From a virus: 64,000 nt of DNA. The position numbers and the translations under genes were made by a program. The notes under the pieces are model-generated. The model was not told the DNA's origin and searched no databases. It saw nothing but the letters and a program-made list of their open reading frames with translations. This document shows positions 9,241 to 18,393 of this stretch, in pieces (position 1 is the first letter of the stretch; the number at the start of each line of letters is the position of its first letter). The stretch lies in the IMG/VR virus record IMGVR_UViG_3300033571_019687, positions 32,001-96,000 of that record; one strand, 5' to 3'.

Positions 9241-9427
9241 CTACTAAATTATCAAATTCACCTTTTTTAACAGAAGTTAAAAAATCTTTAAACTGTTCTT
9301 TTGTCCATATTGTTTCACCTTCAACTCCCTCTTTATCGCCTAGACTAATTTTACCATCTGGTAATTCTGTGACAACTGGACAACATTTGTGATTTCTACA
9401 GAAAGTTATTACCCTTAAATTACTCAT
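9224..9427 (-). CDS. Small DUF397/BldB-like protein
   Basis: CCPVVTELPDGKISLGD...WTKEQFKDFLTSVKKGEFD resembles the DUF397 pattern CVEVA.LP.G.V.VRDSK...FT..EW.AF...VK.GEF. Confidence 0.55.
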   Translation of the reverse strand: MSNLRVITFCRNHKCCPVVTELPDGKISLGDKEGVEGETIWTKEQFKDFLTSVKKGEFDNLVEKETD

Positions 9428-9428
9428 T

Positions 9429-10148
9429 TTATTTCTTAATTTTACCTTGCTTAGTTATCTTAGCTGTGAATATTGTATCGCCTATAACAAATTTTATTTC
9501 TTCGTCATCAATACCATTCATTGAAAACGCTTCTTTTAAAATAATCTTTCTATCTTCTTTTATACCCTCAGCCAGCACTTCAAGCATTTGATCCATTTTC
9601 TCTTCAACAACCTTTTCCATTATCATCTTAATCATAGAGTAATCTATATTAACAGATGATTGATTACTCTGACTTGTATTAACAGATTTTGTTTGTTGAG
9701 TTTTATTTAATGGTTTAAGATTGTTAATTAAACGATCTTTAAGTGCATTACCTGATCCATTTTTGACCATTTCTTCATATAATTGAAGATTTCTAGCTAA
9801 TTCATCATCACCAGTCATTTGATTTAATACCGGATTAGAAAAATTCTTTTTAGCCATTGGTGATGCCATTATCTTTTCAGCTAAATTATCACCATTACTT
9901 AATGGTACTCCAGCAACAGGTACAGGAGATGTGGCTCTCTCTTTCATAAGAGCCTTAGCAATTGCTGGTGGTAAATTATCTTCAACGTTAATATCTGGAT
10001 TAATTGCCGACATTAGTTGCATTTCAGCATGTGGATTATATGATGTATTTACCTCTTCATCCATAGAATAATAACCACCAAGATTAAAATTTTCATTAAT
10101 CATGTTGTTATTTGATTGTTTCGGTTTGGTTTGATTGAACTTCGCCAT
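9429..10148 (-). CDS. Hypothetical 239-aa protein
   Basis: Long ORF in the late-motif operon 11914 to 9224. Confidence 0.65.
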   Translation of the reverse strand: MAKFNQTKPKQSNNNMINENFNLGGYYSMDEEVNTSYNPHAEMQLMSAINPDINVEDNLPPAIAKALMKERATSPVPVAGVPLSNGDNLAEKIMASPMAKKNFSNPVLNQMTGDDELARNLQLYEEMVKNGSGNALKDRLINNLKPLNKTQQTKSVNTSQSNQSSVNIDYSMIKMIMEKVVEEKMDQMLEVLAEGIKEDRKIILKEAFSMNGIDDEEIKFVIGDTIFTAKITKQGKIKK

Positions 10149-10608
10149 CTTTAATTCCTTTATTAGGACCTTTAGGTTTACCTAAGTCGATAATACTAAT
10201 AGGTTTGTTATTTAACATTGTTGCGTCACTGTTTGGTTTAAAATTAGGACCAGTAGGTTTATCAAACGCTGAATACCTATTATTTCTTGCCCAAAATTTA
10301 TCACCATCCATTACTTTAAGCATACTCATTTCACTAACCAAAAAGGTTTTCCATGCGGGTCTACTAGTATTTGTAACGCCACTCATTTGATAAGCTCTAA
10401 CAATGTGTCTACCTTTTTTTGATAAACCACGAGATACAGGTTCAACAATTCTCCAGTTCTGTAAATATTTTCTACCATCTTTCCTTTTCTTTCCAGATAA
10501 GACATCTAAACCTCTATACCAAAATATTATCATATACTTATTACGTATAGCATAATCAATAGCAGCTAGTCTATCTTCAAGATCAGGATTTTCAATAAAT
10601 TTACTCAT
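10108..10608 (-). CDS. Stand-alone WYL-domain protein
   Basis: AIDYAIRNKYMIIFWY...RIVEPVSRG...VRAY...WKTFLVSEM matches the WYL layout; no HTH domain. Confidence 0.7.
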   Translation of the reverse strand: MSKFIENPDLEDRLAAIDYAIRNKYMIIFWYRGLDVLSGKKRKDGRKYLQNWRIVEPVSRGLSKKGRHIVRAYQMSGVTNTSRPAWKTFLVSEMSMLKVMDGDKFWARNNRYSAFDKPTGPNFKPNSDATMLNNKPISIIDLGKPKGPNKGIKDGEVQSNQTETIK

Positions 10609-10858
10609 AAGGATTATCTTTATTAAACATATTAAGAGATGTTAATCTGCGAAACTGTTCATTATCAATAGATGTACCTATTTGATTATTATTTAAACCT
10701 CTACCCTTATCATCGTTATCGCTAAGAGCATTTTTGTTTTCTGAATTATACTCAAATTCGTTTTGACTGTAAACATTCTTTTGAGTTAATTTAAGTTTTT
10801 CTTCTTCCGCAACTTTGGTTAGAAGATCTTTTGCCTGTATTTTTAGTGGATCTGCCAT
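10601..10858 (-). CDS. Hypothetical 85-aa protein
   Basis: ORF coupled to neighbours. Confidence 0.65.
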   Translation of the reverse strand: MADPLKIQAKDLLTKVAEEEKLKLTQKNVYSQNEFEYNSENKNALSDNDDKGRGLNNNQIGTSIDNEQFRRLTSLNMFNKDNPYE

Positions 10859-10859
10859 A

Positions 10860-11354
10860 TTAGATTATTTTTTTCATCATTTCAATTATTCTTTGTTCTT
10901 GCAACCTTTTTACGTCATTAAGACCATGTTGTTTAAAATCTGTTAGTGGTACTTCCGGAATTATATCCTGTTTCATTGTTTTTTTTAATTCCATATTAGC
11001 CTTTAACCCAACTTCCCTAAAATGATTTTGCCTAGATTCATCATCATCAGTTAACCTTTTTAACATATTTGTTACATACTCACGCATTATATCACCGCCA
11101 TTTAAAACATACTCTAGTGTAGCATTATCATCGGTTATACCTTTGTAATTGTAATCAAATTCGTGTTTCAACCTCTTTAGGCTCTCGAAAGATATATGTT
11201 TGGTGTTAACCATATTCATTAATCTCTCGTATCCATTAGTTCGTTTATTGCCGGGTGTAAGTTTATTGCCATAAGTAAGATATGTTGTCAATAAATGATC
11301 ATAAATATCTTTACTTAAGTTTATATCTTTACCATATAATCTTTGGTTAGCCAT
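10860..11354 (-). CDS. Hypothetical 164-aa protein
   Basis: ORF coupled to neighbours. Confidence 0.65.
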   Translation of the reverse strand: MANQRLYGKDINLSKDIYDHLLTTYLTYGNKLTPGNKRTNGYERLMNMVNTKHISFESLKRLKHEFDYNYKGITDDNATLEYVLNGGDIMREYVTNMLKRLTDDDESRQNHFREVGLKANMELKKTMKQDIIPEVPLTDFKQHGLNDVKRLQEQRIIEMMKKII

Positions 11355-11356
11355 AA

Positions 11357-11914
11357 TTAACTAAGTTTACTTTTAATGTATCTACTAACTACATGTCTTT
11401 CAACAGGTGATAAAGATTTTACCCAATCAAGACAAGAATCTAGTCTATTAAACAGCTTTGATTCTCTGGACTTGATATTATCTATGTCATATTCAGAAGA
11501 GTCTACCAATAAATCATTATCATTAGTCTCCTTTTTCATCATTAGACGTTCTTTGATCATATCATCTAATGATTTAGTTTCATAGTATTTGTTTATACTA
11601 TCTTTCTCATTTTTCTCTTCCAAGAATTTAACAAAATCATCATAAGACATTGAATCAGCCTCACTGTTATATGGTGCTTCTTCATACATCATTCTTTTAG
11701 TTGTTACAACACTAGATCCTTGACCAAAACTATATGAATCCATACCGCTACTAAGATTAGCAACAGCATCTTCAATATCATCAGTATTATATGGCTTAGC
11801 CGAGCCTTGATTAGTCATAGTACCAGTACCACTAGGTACATCACCCCTAGATAATTTTAGTGGTTCTGTAACACTGTTTGTCTTAGATATAAATTCTTTT
11901 AACTTAATTCTCAT
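11357..11914 (-). CDS. Hypothetical 185-aa protein
   Basis: ORF preceded by the CTATTTA motif. Confidence 0.65.
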   Translation of the reverse strand: MRIKLKEFISKTNSVTEPLKLSRGDVPSGTGTMTNQGSAKPYNTDDIEDAVANLSSGMDSYSFGQGSSVVTTKRMMYEEAPYNSEADSMSYDDFVKFLEEKNEKDSINKYYETKSLDDMIKERLMMKKETNDNDLLVDSSEYDIDNIKSRESKLFNRLDSCLDWVKSLSPVERHVVSRYIKSKLS

Positions 11915-11933
11915 AGTTAATATCTTATTTACT

Positions 11934-11940
11934 TAAATAG
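11934..11940 (-). promoter_or_regulatory. Putative late promoter CTATTTA
   Basis: CTATTTAAGTAAATAAG upstream of the 11914 start. Confidence 0.6.
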
Positions 11941-14058
11941 TTAAAATCTTTCAGGATAAGTAATTACTCTACCGGATCTTATTGTTGTTAAATTATAGTC
12001 TTCGTTATAATCATTTACAATACTTCTTATTTCAGTAAAAAACAACGGTGTCATATAAAAATTAAATTTAACTAAACCACCTGTAAATGTTCCAGCAAAA
12101 AATCTATCTAATAATGATCTATATTTTATTTCGATATCACCATATTCAATACTATCTAATAAACCATTTGTACCACCACCAACACTTATATTAAATGGCA
12201 CACCTTGTTGTAATTTTTCATGTACATCTAAAGCATGTGGTATTACTTCATTAGCATGATTGTCTTCAAACACCTTGAAACCATTAACAAATATCTTAAA
12301 CGTACCTATTTTACTCGTATTTTCATCATAAACAACTAAATCACAACCATCATAAGGGATTTCTCTACTGAAAGTTACTGCAATATGAACAAATTTATCT
12401 TCGTTAATATCTATAACACTTTGATTTGTTCTTACATCATATACAGTAAATCCAGTTGTATAAATAACTCCATATAATTTATCTTCATAACAAGGCCCAT
12501 ATACGTTATCAAAACTAAAATTACTTAAGTCTTCATCAATATTTTTGATCTGATCTTCATCTAAATCACATTTAGGGCCAGTAATTATTCTGTAACCTAT
12601 TCTACCTTCATTATCAATATATACACTTAATGCATTATCAATAATATCATAATAACCTCTTTGTCTTGTTAATACTTGAGAAGTTTCTGGATCGTAAACT
12701 CTACCACTATAAGTTGTTCCACTATAATAATTATAATAACCGTGATACCATTCACCATTTGGTAGATAATAACCATCTTTATCAGTTGTTAATCCCGTTA
12801 AATTAAGAAATGTAAAACCTGTATAATCATAAGTGTTACCAGTTATTAATTCAATAAATTCTGGGTATTCTATACTTATAGTATTTATTTCTTCTTCTGT
12901 AAATGTTTTATACTTGTTTTCAGATCTAGTACCTAAATAAAATATGTTACCACTATTATCACCGTAAGAATAGTTTATTGGATTAAAAAGATACAAAGGT
13001 TCTTTTGTTGCTGTAATAAACGTTGTTGGATCACCAAATAGGCCTCCATCACCTAGTCCTATCCAAGTTTCATCTATTGTATATGGTGGTAATAAAAATT
13101 GCTCAGTTTCATTAAACAAAAAATAAAACATGGTTTTTTGATCAATTATATCGAGAGTGATAAACAATTTTTTATTATCCACGTCATAATTAAATGTTGC
13201 GTTTCTATCAACAAACCATTGTGTGCTACTCAAGAAAAATATCATATCTACCAAAAATAGATACTTGTTACCACTTAAACCATTAGTATATTGACTAGTT
13301 AAATTAAAGTTTAATAAAACCTCATTACCAACATTTTCATTATCTTCATTTATTAATGCATAAGCAAGTATAAGTGCCTTACCAGTATCTTCTGGTATAA
13401 ATTCTCTAAATGTAAATTCATAGGTTTGACTTGTCACTTCTGGTATAATGGGATCTTCCAAACCAACCGGAAATTTAAGTAATGCATCAAATGACCAACC
13501 CTTTCTTGCACGAGGTTTAAAAAATTCTATTGGGTATTTGTGTAGTTTAAATAATCCTTGATAATATCCACCATTTAATTTAACATAGTTTAAATTATCA
13601 TCTGTTGTTCTATTAAAAATATCATACGTAAAACCGTATGAGTCACCATAAGGATATGCACTACTGGTATTTTCACCATTAAAATAGAATTCATAAGGTA
13701 TCTCAATACCCCTGAATTGATCTAAATATTCCGGTTCCAACGATTCTAAATACTTTGTTAATGTTTGACCGGTTACTCTGTGTAATAAAAATGGTTCACC
13801 TTCTTCAATGGTTTTAGTATTACCTGTTGTTGGTATAGTTGATGTGTTGCCTGTTATATATCCATTATCATAACCAACCAGACTTATATAATCTAAATTA
13901 AAGTCTTGGTTATTATTTTCAACAGATTCACTATCATCATAATCAAAATGATATTTAATTACAGTATAATCATCTAAGTATCTTTTAAATGGTTTACCAT
14001 CATTATTAGATAACTTAAAATCATAGTATTCTTCTTTGTTTTCATCCAATCTAATCAT
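11941..14058 (-). CDS. Virion protein with C-terminal LamG/concanavalin-like domain
   Basis: FVHIAVTFS...GTFKIFVNG...FNFYMTPL pattern; adjacent to the neck gene; rich in Y/T/G. Confidence 0.55.
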   Translation of the reverse strand: MIRLDENKEEYYDFKLSNNDGKPFKRYLDDYTVIKYHFDYDDSESVENNNQDFNLDYISLVGYDNGYITGNTSTIPTTGNTKTIEEGEPFLLHRVTGQTLTKYLESLEPEYLDQFRGIEIPYEFYFNGENTSSAYPYGDSYGFTYDIFNRTTDDNLNYVKLNGGYYQGLFKLHKYPIEFFKPRARKGWSFDALLKFPVGLEDPIIPEVTSQTYEFTFREFIPEDTGKALILAYALINEDNENVGNEVLLNFNLTSQYTNGLSGNKYLFLVDMIFFLSSTQWFVDRNATFNYDVDNKKLFITLDIIDQKTMFYFLFNETEQFLLPPYTIDETWIGLGDGGLFGDPTTFITATKEPLYLFNPINYSYGDNSGNIFYLGTRSENKYKTFTEEEINTISIEYPEFIELITGNTYDYTGFTFLNLTGLTTDKDGYYLPNGEWYHGYYNYYSGTTYSGRVYDPETSQVLTRQRGYYDIIDNALSVYIDNEGRIGYRIITGPKCDLDEDQIKNIDEDLSNFSFDNVYGPCYEDKLYGVIYTTGFTVYDVRTNQSVIDINEDKFVHIAVTFSREIPYDGCDLVVYDENTSKIGTFKIFVNGFKVFEDNHANEVIPHALDVHEKLQQGVPFNISVGGGTNGLLDSIEYGDIEIKYRSLLDRFFAGTFTGGLVKFNFYMTPLFFTEIRSIVNDYNEDYNLTTIRSGRVITYPERF

Positions 14059-14059
14059 T

Positions 14060-15157
14060 TTACATTACAAGTATAGGTTTTTTCATTGGTCTGTACTTTA
14101 AAGCATTTTGTAATGCTTCTGCTTCTTCTGCTGCACGTTTAAGCATGTTTAATGGTGACATTCTTTCAAGACGTTTATATAACTCATCATTTAGAGTTAG
14201 TATTCTATCTTTAGCCTCAGTATCTAATGATTGATAATCTAATGTTAGTGGTGTATCTGGTACATTTATTGAACCAGAAAACTTACCTCTAACTTTAGCT
14301 AATGAGCTCATTGATTTAGCGACAAAATATTGTCTTACCCAAATTTTAGAAGGTTGATTTAAATCCTCAAAACTGATATCGTCTAAAGGTACATCGGCAG
14401 GTGATTTAATAATATCCTTATTTGTTTTTAAACAATCATCTTTATTCCCTTTGCTAATATCATAATACCAATACCATACTCTGCCTCTATTCAATAATCT
14501 ACCTCCTCTATCGTATTTACCACCCGGAGTGTTATATAGATGAACAAATTTAGTACCATTAGGGCCATTTGTAATCTTATATGTTAATGTACCGTTTAGT
14601 ATTCTGTCTTTAAGGGATAAATCAGCATTACGCATTAAAATATCAAATGATGGTAATACATAAAAATTACCTAGAGTAGAGAAATTTGAACCCATAGCAT
14701 TAGCAAAATAACCAAGATATGGATCAACAAATGATCTATCAAGAGTTGGTGGATTATACCACATAACCTCATTTATTTCTCTATTAGCTGGAATTTGATA
14801 AGTTTGCACACCTGAAACCAATTCAATATAATCACTTTTTAATTCATATCCACCTTCACCAGCACCTAAGCCAACTATTTTGGAATAAGAATAAGTATAT
14901 TGCGTAACATAATCTTGATTCCTTGTAATTAAAGCCCTTGTTATATCGTCTTCTTGTGTATTAAGACCATATAAAGAAGTCCACTGTGCTTCAATGATAA
15001 AGTTTTGTATTTTTTCAACATAATCATCAACTGATATTTCTAACAACTCAGTTAACATTTCGTTAGTTAATTCTACACCAACTATCGGGGCACCAAGTTC
15101 TGTTCTTACTTGTTTGAACAGTTTTTCCTTTTCTTTATCTGATATTCTTAGGCTCAT
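14060..15157 (-). CDS. Neck / head-tail adaptor protein (T4 gp13-like)
   Basis: VRTELGAPIVGVELT at the N-terminus and AKVRGKFSG...LDYQSL near the C-terminus; 365 aa. Confidence 0.75.
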   Translation of the reverse strand: MSLRISDKEKEKLFKQVRTELGAPIVGVELTNEMLTELLEISVDDYVEKIQNFIIEAQWTSLYGLNTQEDDITRALITRNQDYVTQYTYSYSKIVGLGAGEGGYELKSDYIELVSGVQTYQIPANREINEVMWYNPPTLDRSFVDPYLGYFANAMGSNFSTLGNFYVLPSFDILMRNADLSLKDRILNGTLTYKITNGPNGTKFVHLYNTPGGKYDRGGRLLNRGRVWYWYYDISKGNKDDCLKTNKDIIKSPADVPLDDISFEDLNQPSKIWVRQYFVAKSMSSLAKVRGKFSGSINVPDTPLTLDYQSLDTEAKDRILTLNDELYKRLERMSPLNMLKRAAEEAEALQNALKYRPMKKPILVM

Positions 15158-15178
15158 CTCTATTTATCTGTTTATTAG

Positions 15179-15185
15179 TAAATAG
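15179..15185 (-). promoter_or_regulatory. Putative late promoter CTATTTA within an 11-bp inverted repeat
   Basis: ATCTCTATTTA...TAAATAGAGAT(G) on the minus strand. Confidence 0.6.
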
Positions 15186-15198
15186 AGATTTAACATTA

Positions 15199-16980
15199 CT
15201 ACTTCTTAGTAATCTTTGATAAAATATCTTTAATTAATTCCGTGTTATCATAATAGATAAAATCATCTTTCATGAACTGATTAATATTGGAAAACTTATA
15301 AATCAGTTTATTATAAATGTCAGAATCAATAGTATCAGCCAATATATTGTATATGACTGTACATTTTTTATCTTGTCCTATACGATATATCCTGTCTTCT
15401 GCTTGACTATGGTTTGCAGGTACCCAATCCACGTCATTGAATATAACATAATCAGCTTTAGTTAATGTTAACCCAACACCTGCTGCAATTATATTACCAC
15501 AAAATACTCTCTTTTTAGGGTTATTTTGAAAGTCATCTACAATTTGTTGTCTCTTAGTTACTGATACGCTACCGTCTATTAATACAGCATTAGTATTAAA
15601 ATGTTCATATATGTCTCTAATACTATCAGTAAAACAAGAAAATACTACCACATTATGACCATCTTCTAATAATTCTTCTATCTGTTCAATAGTATATTTA
15701 ACCTTTTCGTCAGCAATCAATTTTCTTAATTTAGATAATTGATTTATACTTGTAATTTGTGACGGGTTATTACCTTTCTTAATTTCATCATCATACCATT
15801 CTTGATATTCCTTAACATAAGCATTATAAGCTGATACTTCTTCAAGTTCATAATATCTTTGAGTTACAATTTTATCTGGTAAATCAAGAACTTCATTTTT
15901 ATTACGTTTAAGAAATATATCATCAACATATCTCCTTAACTCATCAATATTTGATGCACCATTTGTAATCCATACTTTTTTATTCCCCTTACGAAACGAC
16001 TTACCATCACAATATCTTAAAACATAACGTTGCCAGTTACCTGATAATGGCGAGTTACACCCTTCAAGTAAACTAAATAAATCAATAGGTTTATTGGTAA
16101 TAGGTGTACCAGTTAAAAACCATACTGTTTTACATTTTTTAGCTAAATCAATAGATATTTTAGATCTTTCACTTTTCATGTTCTTAACGTAATGTGCTTC
16201 ATCAAATATAATCAAATCGAATCCGGATTTTTCAAATAAACTTAAATTTTGTACTTCACCCTTTTTCCTTGTAGATATACTATGATAATTTTTCAGAGTG
16301 TCATAATTAACAATATTCCACTTTTTATTTAAATATCTATGATGATTTAATATTGTAATATCGTTAATATCTTCAAAGTTACTGATCTCTACTACCCAGT
16401 TCTTTTTAAGAGATGCTGGACATACAACCAATATTTTTTCATATTTACCTAAAACAGCAGCAGCTATAGCAGATGTAGTTTTACCTAAACCCATATCATC
16501 AGCTAATATAAATCTATCTTTTGATAGTAAAGAAACAATAGCGTCTTCTTGGTGAGGCATAGGTTTTCTTTTAAGGATACTAAAGTCAATATCCTCCCTT
16601 TTAACACCTTTATCCTTGATAAAATATGAATTTTTTAACCTAATATATTTATATCTATTTGGTTGGCAATCAAATGATGCCCATACATCAATAGAATCAT
16701 CTGTTCTACCTAAAACCTTTTTAATATGTAAACTATTAGGTTCATCAGGTAAATTATTAACTGTTTTAATAAATGAGGTAACAGATGGATGTAATCTTGC
16801 TATTTTATTAACGACTATTGGTTTTTTATCATAATATTCTTCAACATATTCAGCTTGATTAATTGTTAAAGTTGACATTTTCTTATTTTTAATATTATTC
16901 TTTAACAATAAAATATAGTCGTTTGTTCCCTCGTATTGCAATAGTTTATTCGTAACTCTAATTTGATCAAAAGCATTCAT
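15199..16980 (-). CDS. SNF2/SWI2-family SF2 helicase (HARP/SMARCAL1-like)
   Basis: LADDMGLGKT, VVCPASL, IIFDEAHYVK, LTGTPITN, GVGLTLT, QAEDRIYRIGQ. Confidence 0.92.
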   Translation of the reverse strand: MNAFDQIRVTNKLLQYEGTNDYILLLKNNIKNKKMSTLTINQAEYVEEYYDKKPIVVNKIARLHPSVTSFIKTVNNLPDEPNSLHIKKVLGRTDDSIDVWASFDCQPNRYKYIRLKNSYFIKDKGVKREDIDFSILKRKPMPHQEDAIVSLLSKDRFILADDMGLGKTTSAIAAAVLGKYEKILVVCPASLKKNWVVEISNFEDINDITILNHHRYLNKKWNIVNYDTLKNYHSISTRKKGEVQNLSLFEKSGFDLIIFDEAHYVKNMKSERSKISIDLAKKCKTVWFLTGTPITNKPIDLFSLLEGCNSPLSGNWQRYVLRYCDGKSFRKGNKKVWITNGASNIDELRRYVDDIFLKRNKNEVLDLPDKIVTQRYYELEEVSAYNAYVKEYQEWYDDEIKKGNNPSQITSINQLSKLRKLIADEKVKYTIEQIEELLEDGHNVVVFSCFTDSIRDIYEHFNTNAVLIDGSVSVTKRQQIVDDFQNNPKKRVFCGNIIAAGVGLTLTKADYVIFNDVDWVPANHSQAEDRIYRIGQDKKCTVIYNILADTIDSDIYNKLIYKFSNINQFMKDDFIYYDNTELIKDILSKITKK

Positions 16981-17022
16981 AATCTACGTAGTTTTTTTAA
17001 ATATAATCGGATAGTACTAAAT

Positions 17023-17038
17023 TATAAATAGCTTTTTA
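17023..17038. promoter_or_regulatory. Divergent promoter region
   Basis: TATAAATA on + (17023-17030) overlaps CTATTTA on - (17031-17025); CTTTTTA on + (17032-17038). Confidence 0.45.
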
Positions 17039-17050
17039 CTAATTATTAAT

Positions 17051-17584
17051 ATGGAAAACAATGCATTTAATATACCGATAACACGAGGTAATTTATTTTT
17101 TTCTGAGGACGAATTCAGAATGCAGATGGGTATTGCAAATGAGTATATTAAAAACGTCTTAAATTTTAAAATTATTCTATTCAGAATTGATTATACTAAC
17201 ACTTCAACAAGTATATACGGTAGTGTTAAAGATGAAAATAAAGTTTTCATGGATCCAGTAGAAATCAATGTATATAATTTAAAAATTGAAGATTATCCTC
17301 AAGAACCACTTGGTGATGGTAGAATTGCCTATGAACAATATGGTAATTTAACATTTAATGTAATGTTAAGTGAATTAGAATTCAGGGGTATAGAAATAAA
17401 ACGTGGGGATTTAGTAGGTTATGCATTAGATGAGAACAGATTCAAGTATTTTGAAGTATCAGATGATGATAGATTAAATTATGATAATGCAAATACTATT
17501 ATAGGTTATAAACCGATAAGCAAACGTATAGTTTGTACACATACAGATTTTAATGAAGAATATGGGTTTGCCGAAGAGAACTAA
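17051..17584 (+). CDS. Head-closure / neck protein (T4 gp14-like)
   Basis: 177 aa; position before tail completion and sheath; IKRGDLVG...KYFEV pattern. Confidence 0.55.
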   Translation: MENNAFNIPITRGNLFFSEDEFRMQMGIANEYIKNVLNFKIILFRIDYTNTSTSIYGSVKDENKVFMDPVEINVYNLKIEDYPQEPLGDGRIAYEQYGNLTFNVMLSELEFRGIEIKRGDLVGYALDENRFKYFEVSDDDRLNYDNANTIIGYKPISKRIVCTHTDFNEEYGFAEEN

Positions 17585-18329
17585 TACAATCTCACCAGAG
17601 AGCGTCAACTTGTTTAATGGTGAATACCCTTATGAACCAATGAGAAGCGGTGCTAGTGAGCTATTAAAGAGCTTAGTCATGCAAGATAATACGTTCTTCC
17701 CTAAACCATTATCTATACAACACATAGATGAAGCTGTTTATGATCATTTTAGTGAAGAATTATCAAATAATAATATTGTACCCTCAAAAGAATCTACAAT
17801 ATTTACATTAGGCATTAATAGAATATCTGAATTTAAGAAAAGTTGGTCATCTGTAACAAAGGAGAGAAAATTATTATTCCCTTTGGCTATAATAACTAGA
17901 GAATTAGGTGTAGATTATAATACAGATGAAGTTGGATATAATATACCAACCGGTAGGTTATACCCTGTGCATCAGGAAATAACTAATGACGGTAATAAAA
18001 AAATTATTGATACATACTACATAGCACAACCTATACCAGTTACATTATCATATACAATGTATTATTATTGTAAACAAGAAGAAGAACTCAATACTATTAA
18101 TACATTTATTTTAAACCAATTTCAAAGTAGACAAAGATACATATTTGCAAATGGTTATTATATACCAGTACATTTTGAGGGTGTTTCAGATTCTACAGAT
18201 TTCAATGATATGGATAAATTTAGATATATTGAAATATCATTTGAAATGAGGGTTACAGCATACTTAATTGATGAAACCAAATTCGATAAAAAAACATCTT
18301 TTATGATAGCAAATATTAATAGTAAATAA
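17553..18329 (+). CDS. Tail completion / terminator protein (T4 gp15-like)
   Basis: FPLAIITR, QPIPVTLSYTMYYY, SFEMRVTAYL; immediately before the sheath. Confidence 0.6.
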   Translation: MKNMGLPKRTNTISPESVNLFNGEYPYEPMRSGASELLKSLVMQDNTFFPKPLSIQHIDEAVYDHFSEELSNNNIVPSKESTIFTLGINRISEFKKSWSSVTKERKLLFPLAIITRELGVDYNTDEVGYNIPTGRLYPVHQEITNDGNKKIIDTYYIAQPIPVTLSYTMYYYCKQEEELNTINTFILNQFQSRQRYIFANGYYIPVHFEGVSDSTDFNDMDKFRYIEISFEMRVTAYLIDETKFDKKTSFMIANINSK

Positions 18330-18346
18330 CTATTGAAAAAAAAGTT

Positions 18347-18353
18347 CTATTTA
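18347..18353 (+). promoter_or_regulatory. Putative late promoter CTATTTA
   Basis: CTATTTACTAATAA upstream of the sheath gene. Confidence 0.6.
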
Positions 18354-18393
18354 CTAATAACAATAAAATAAAGTAAATAACAATCACTACAAA

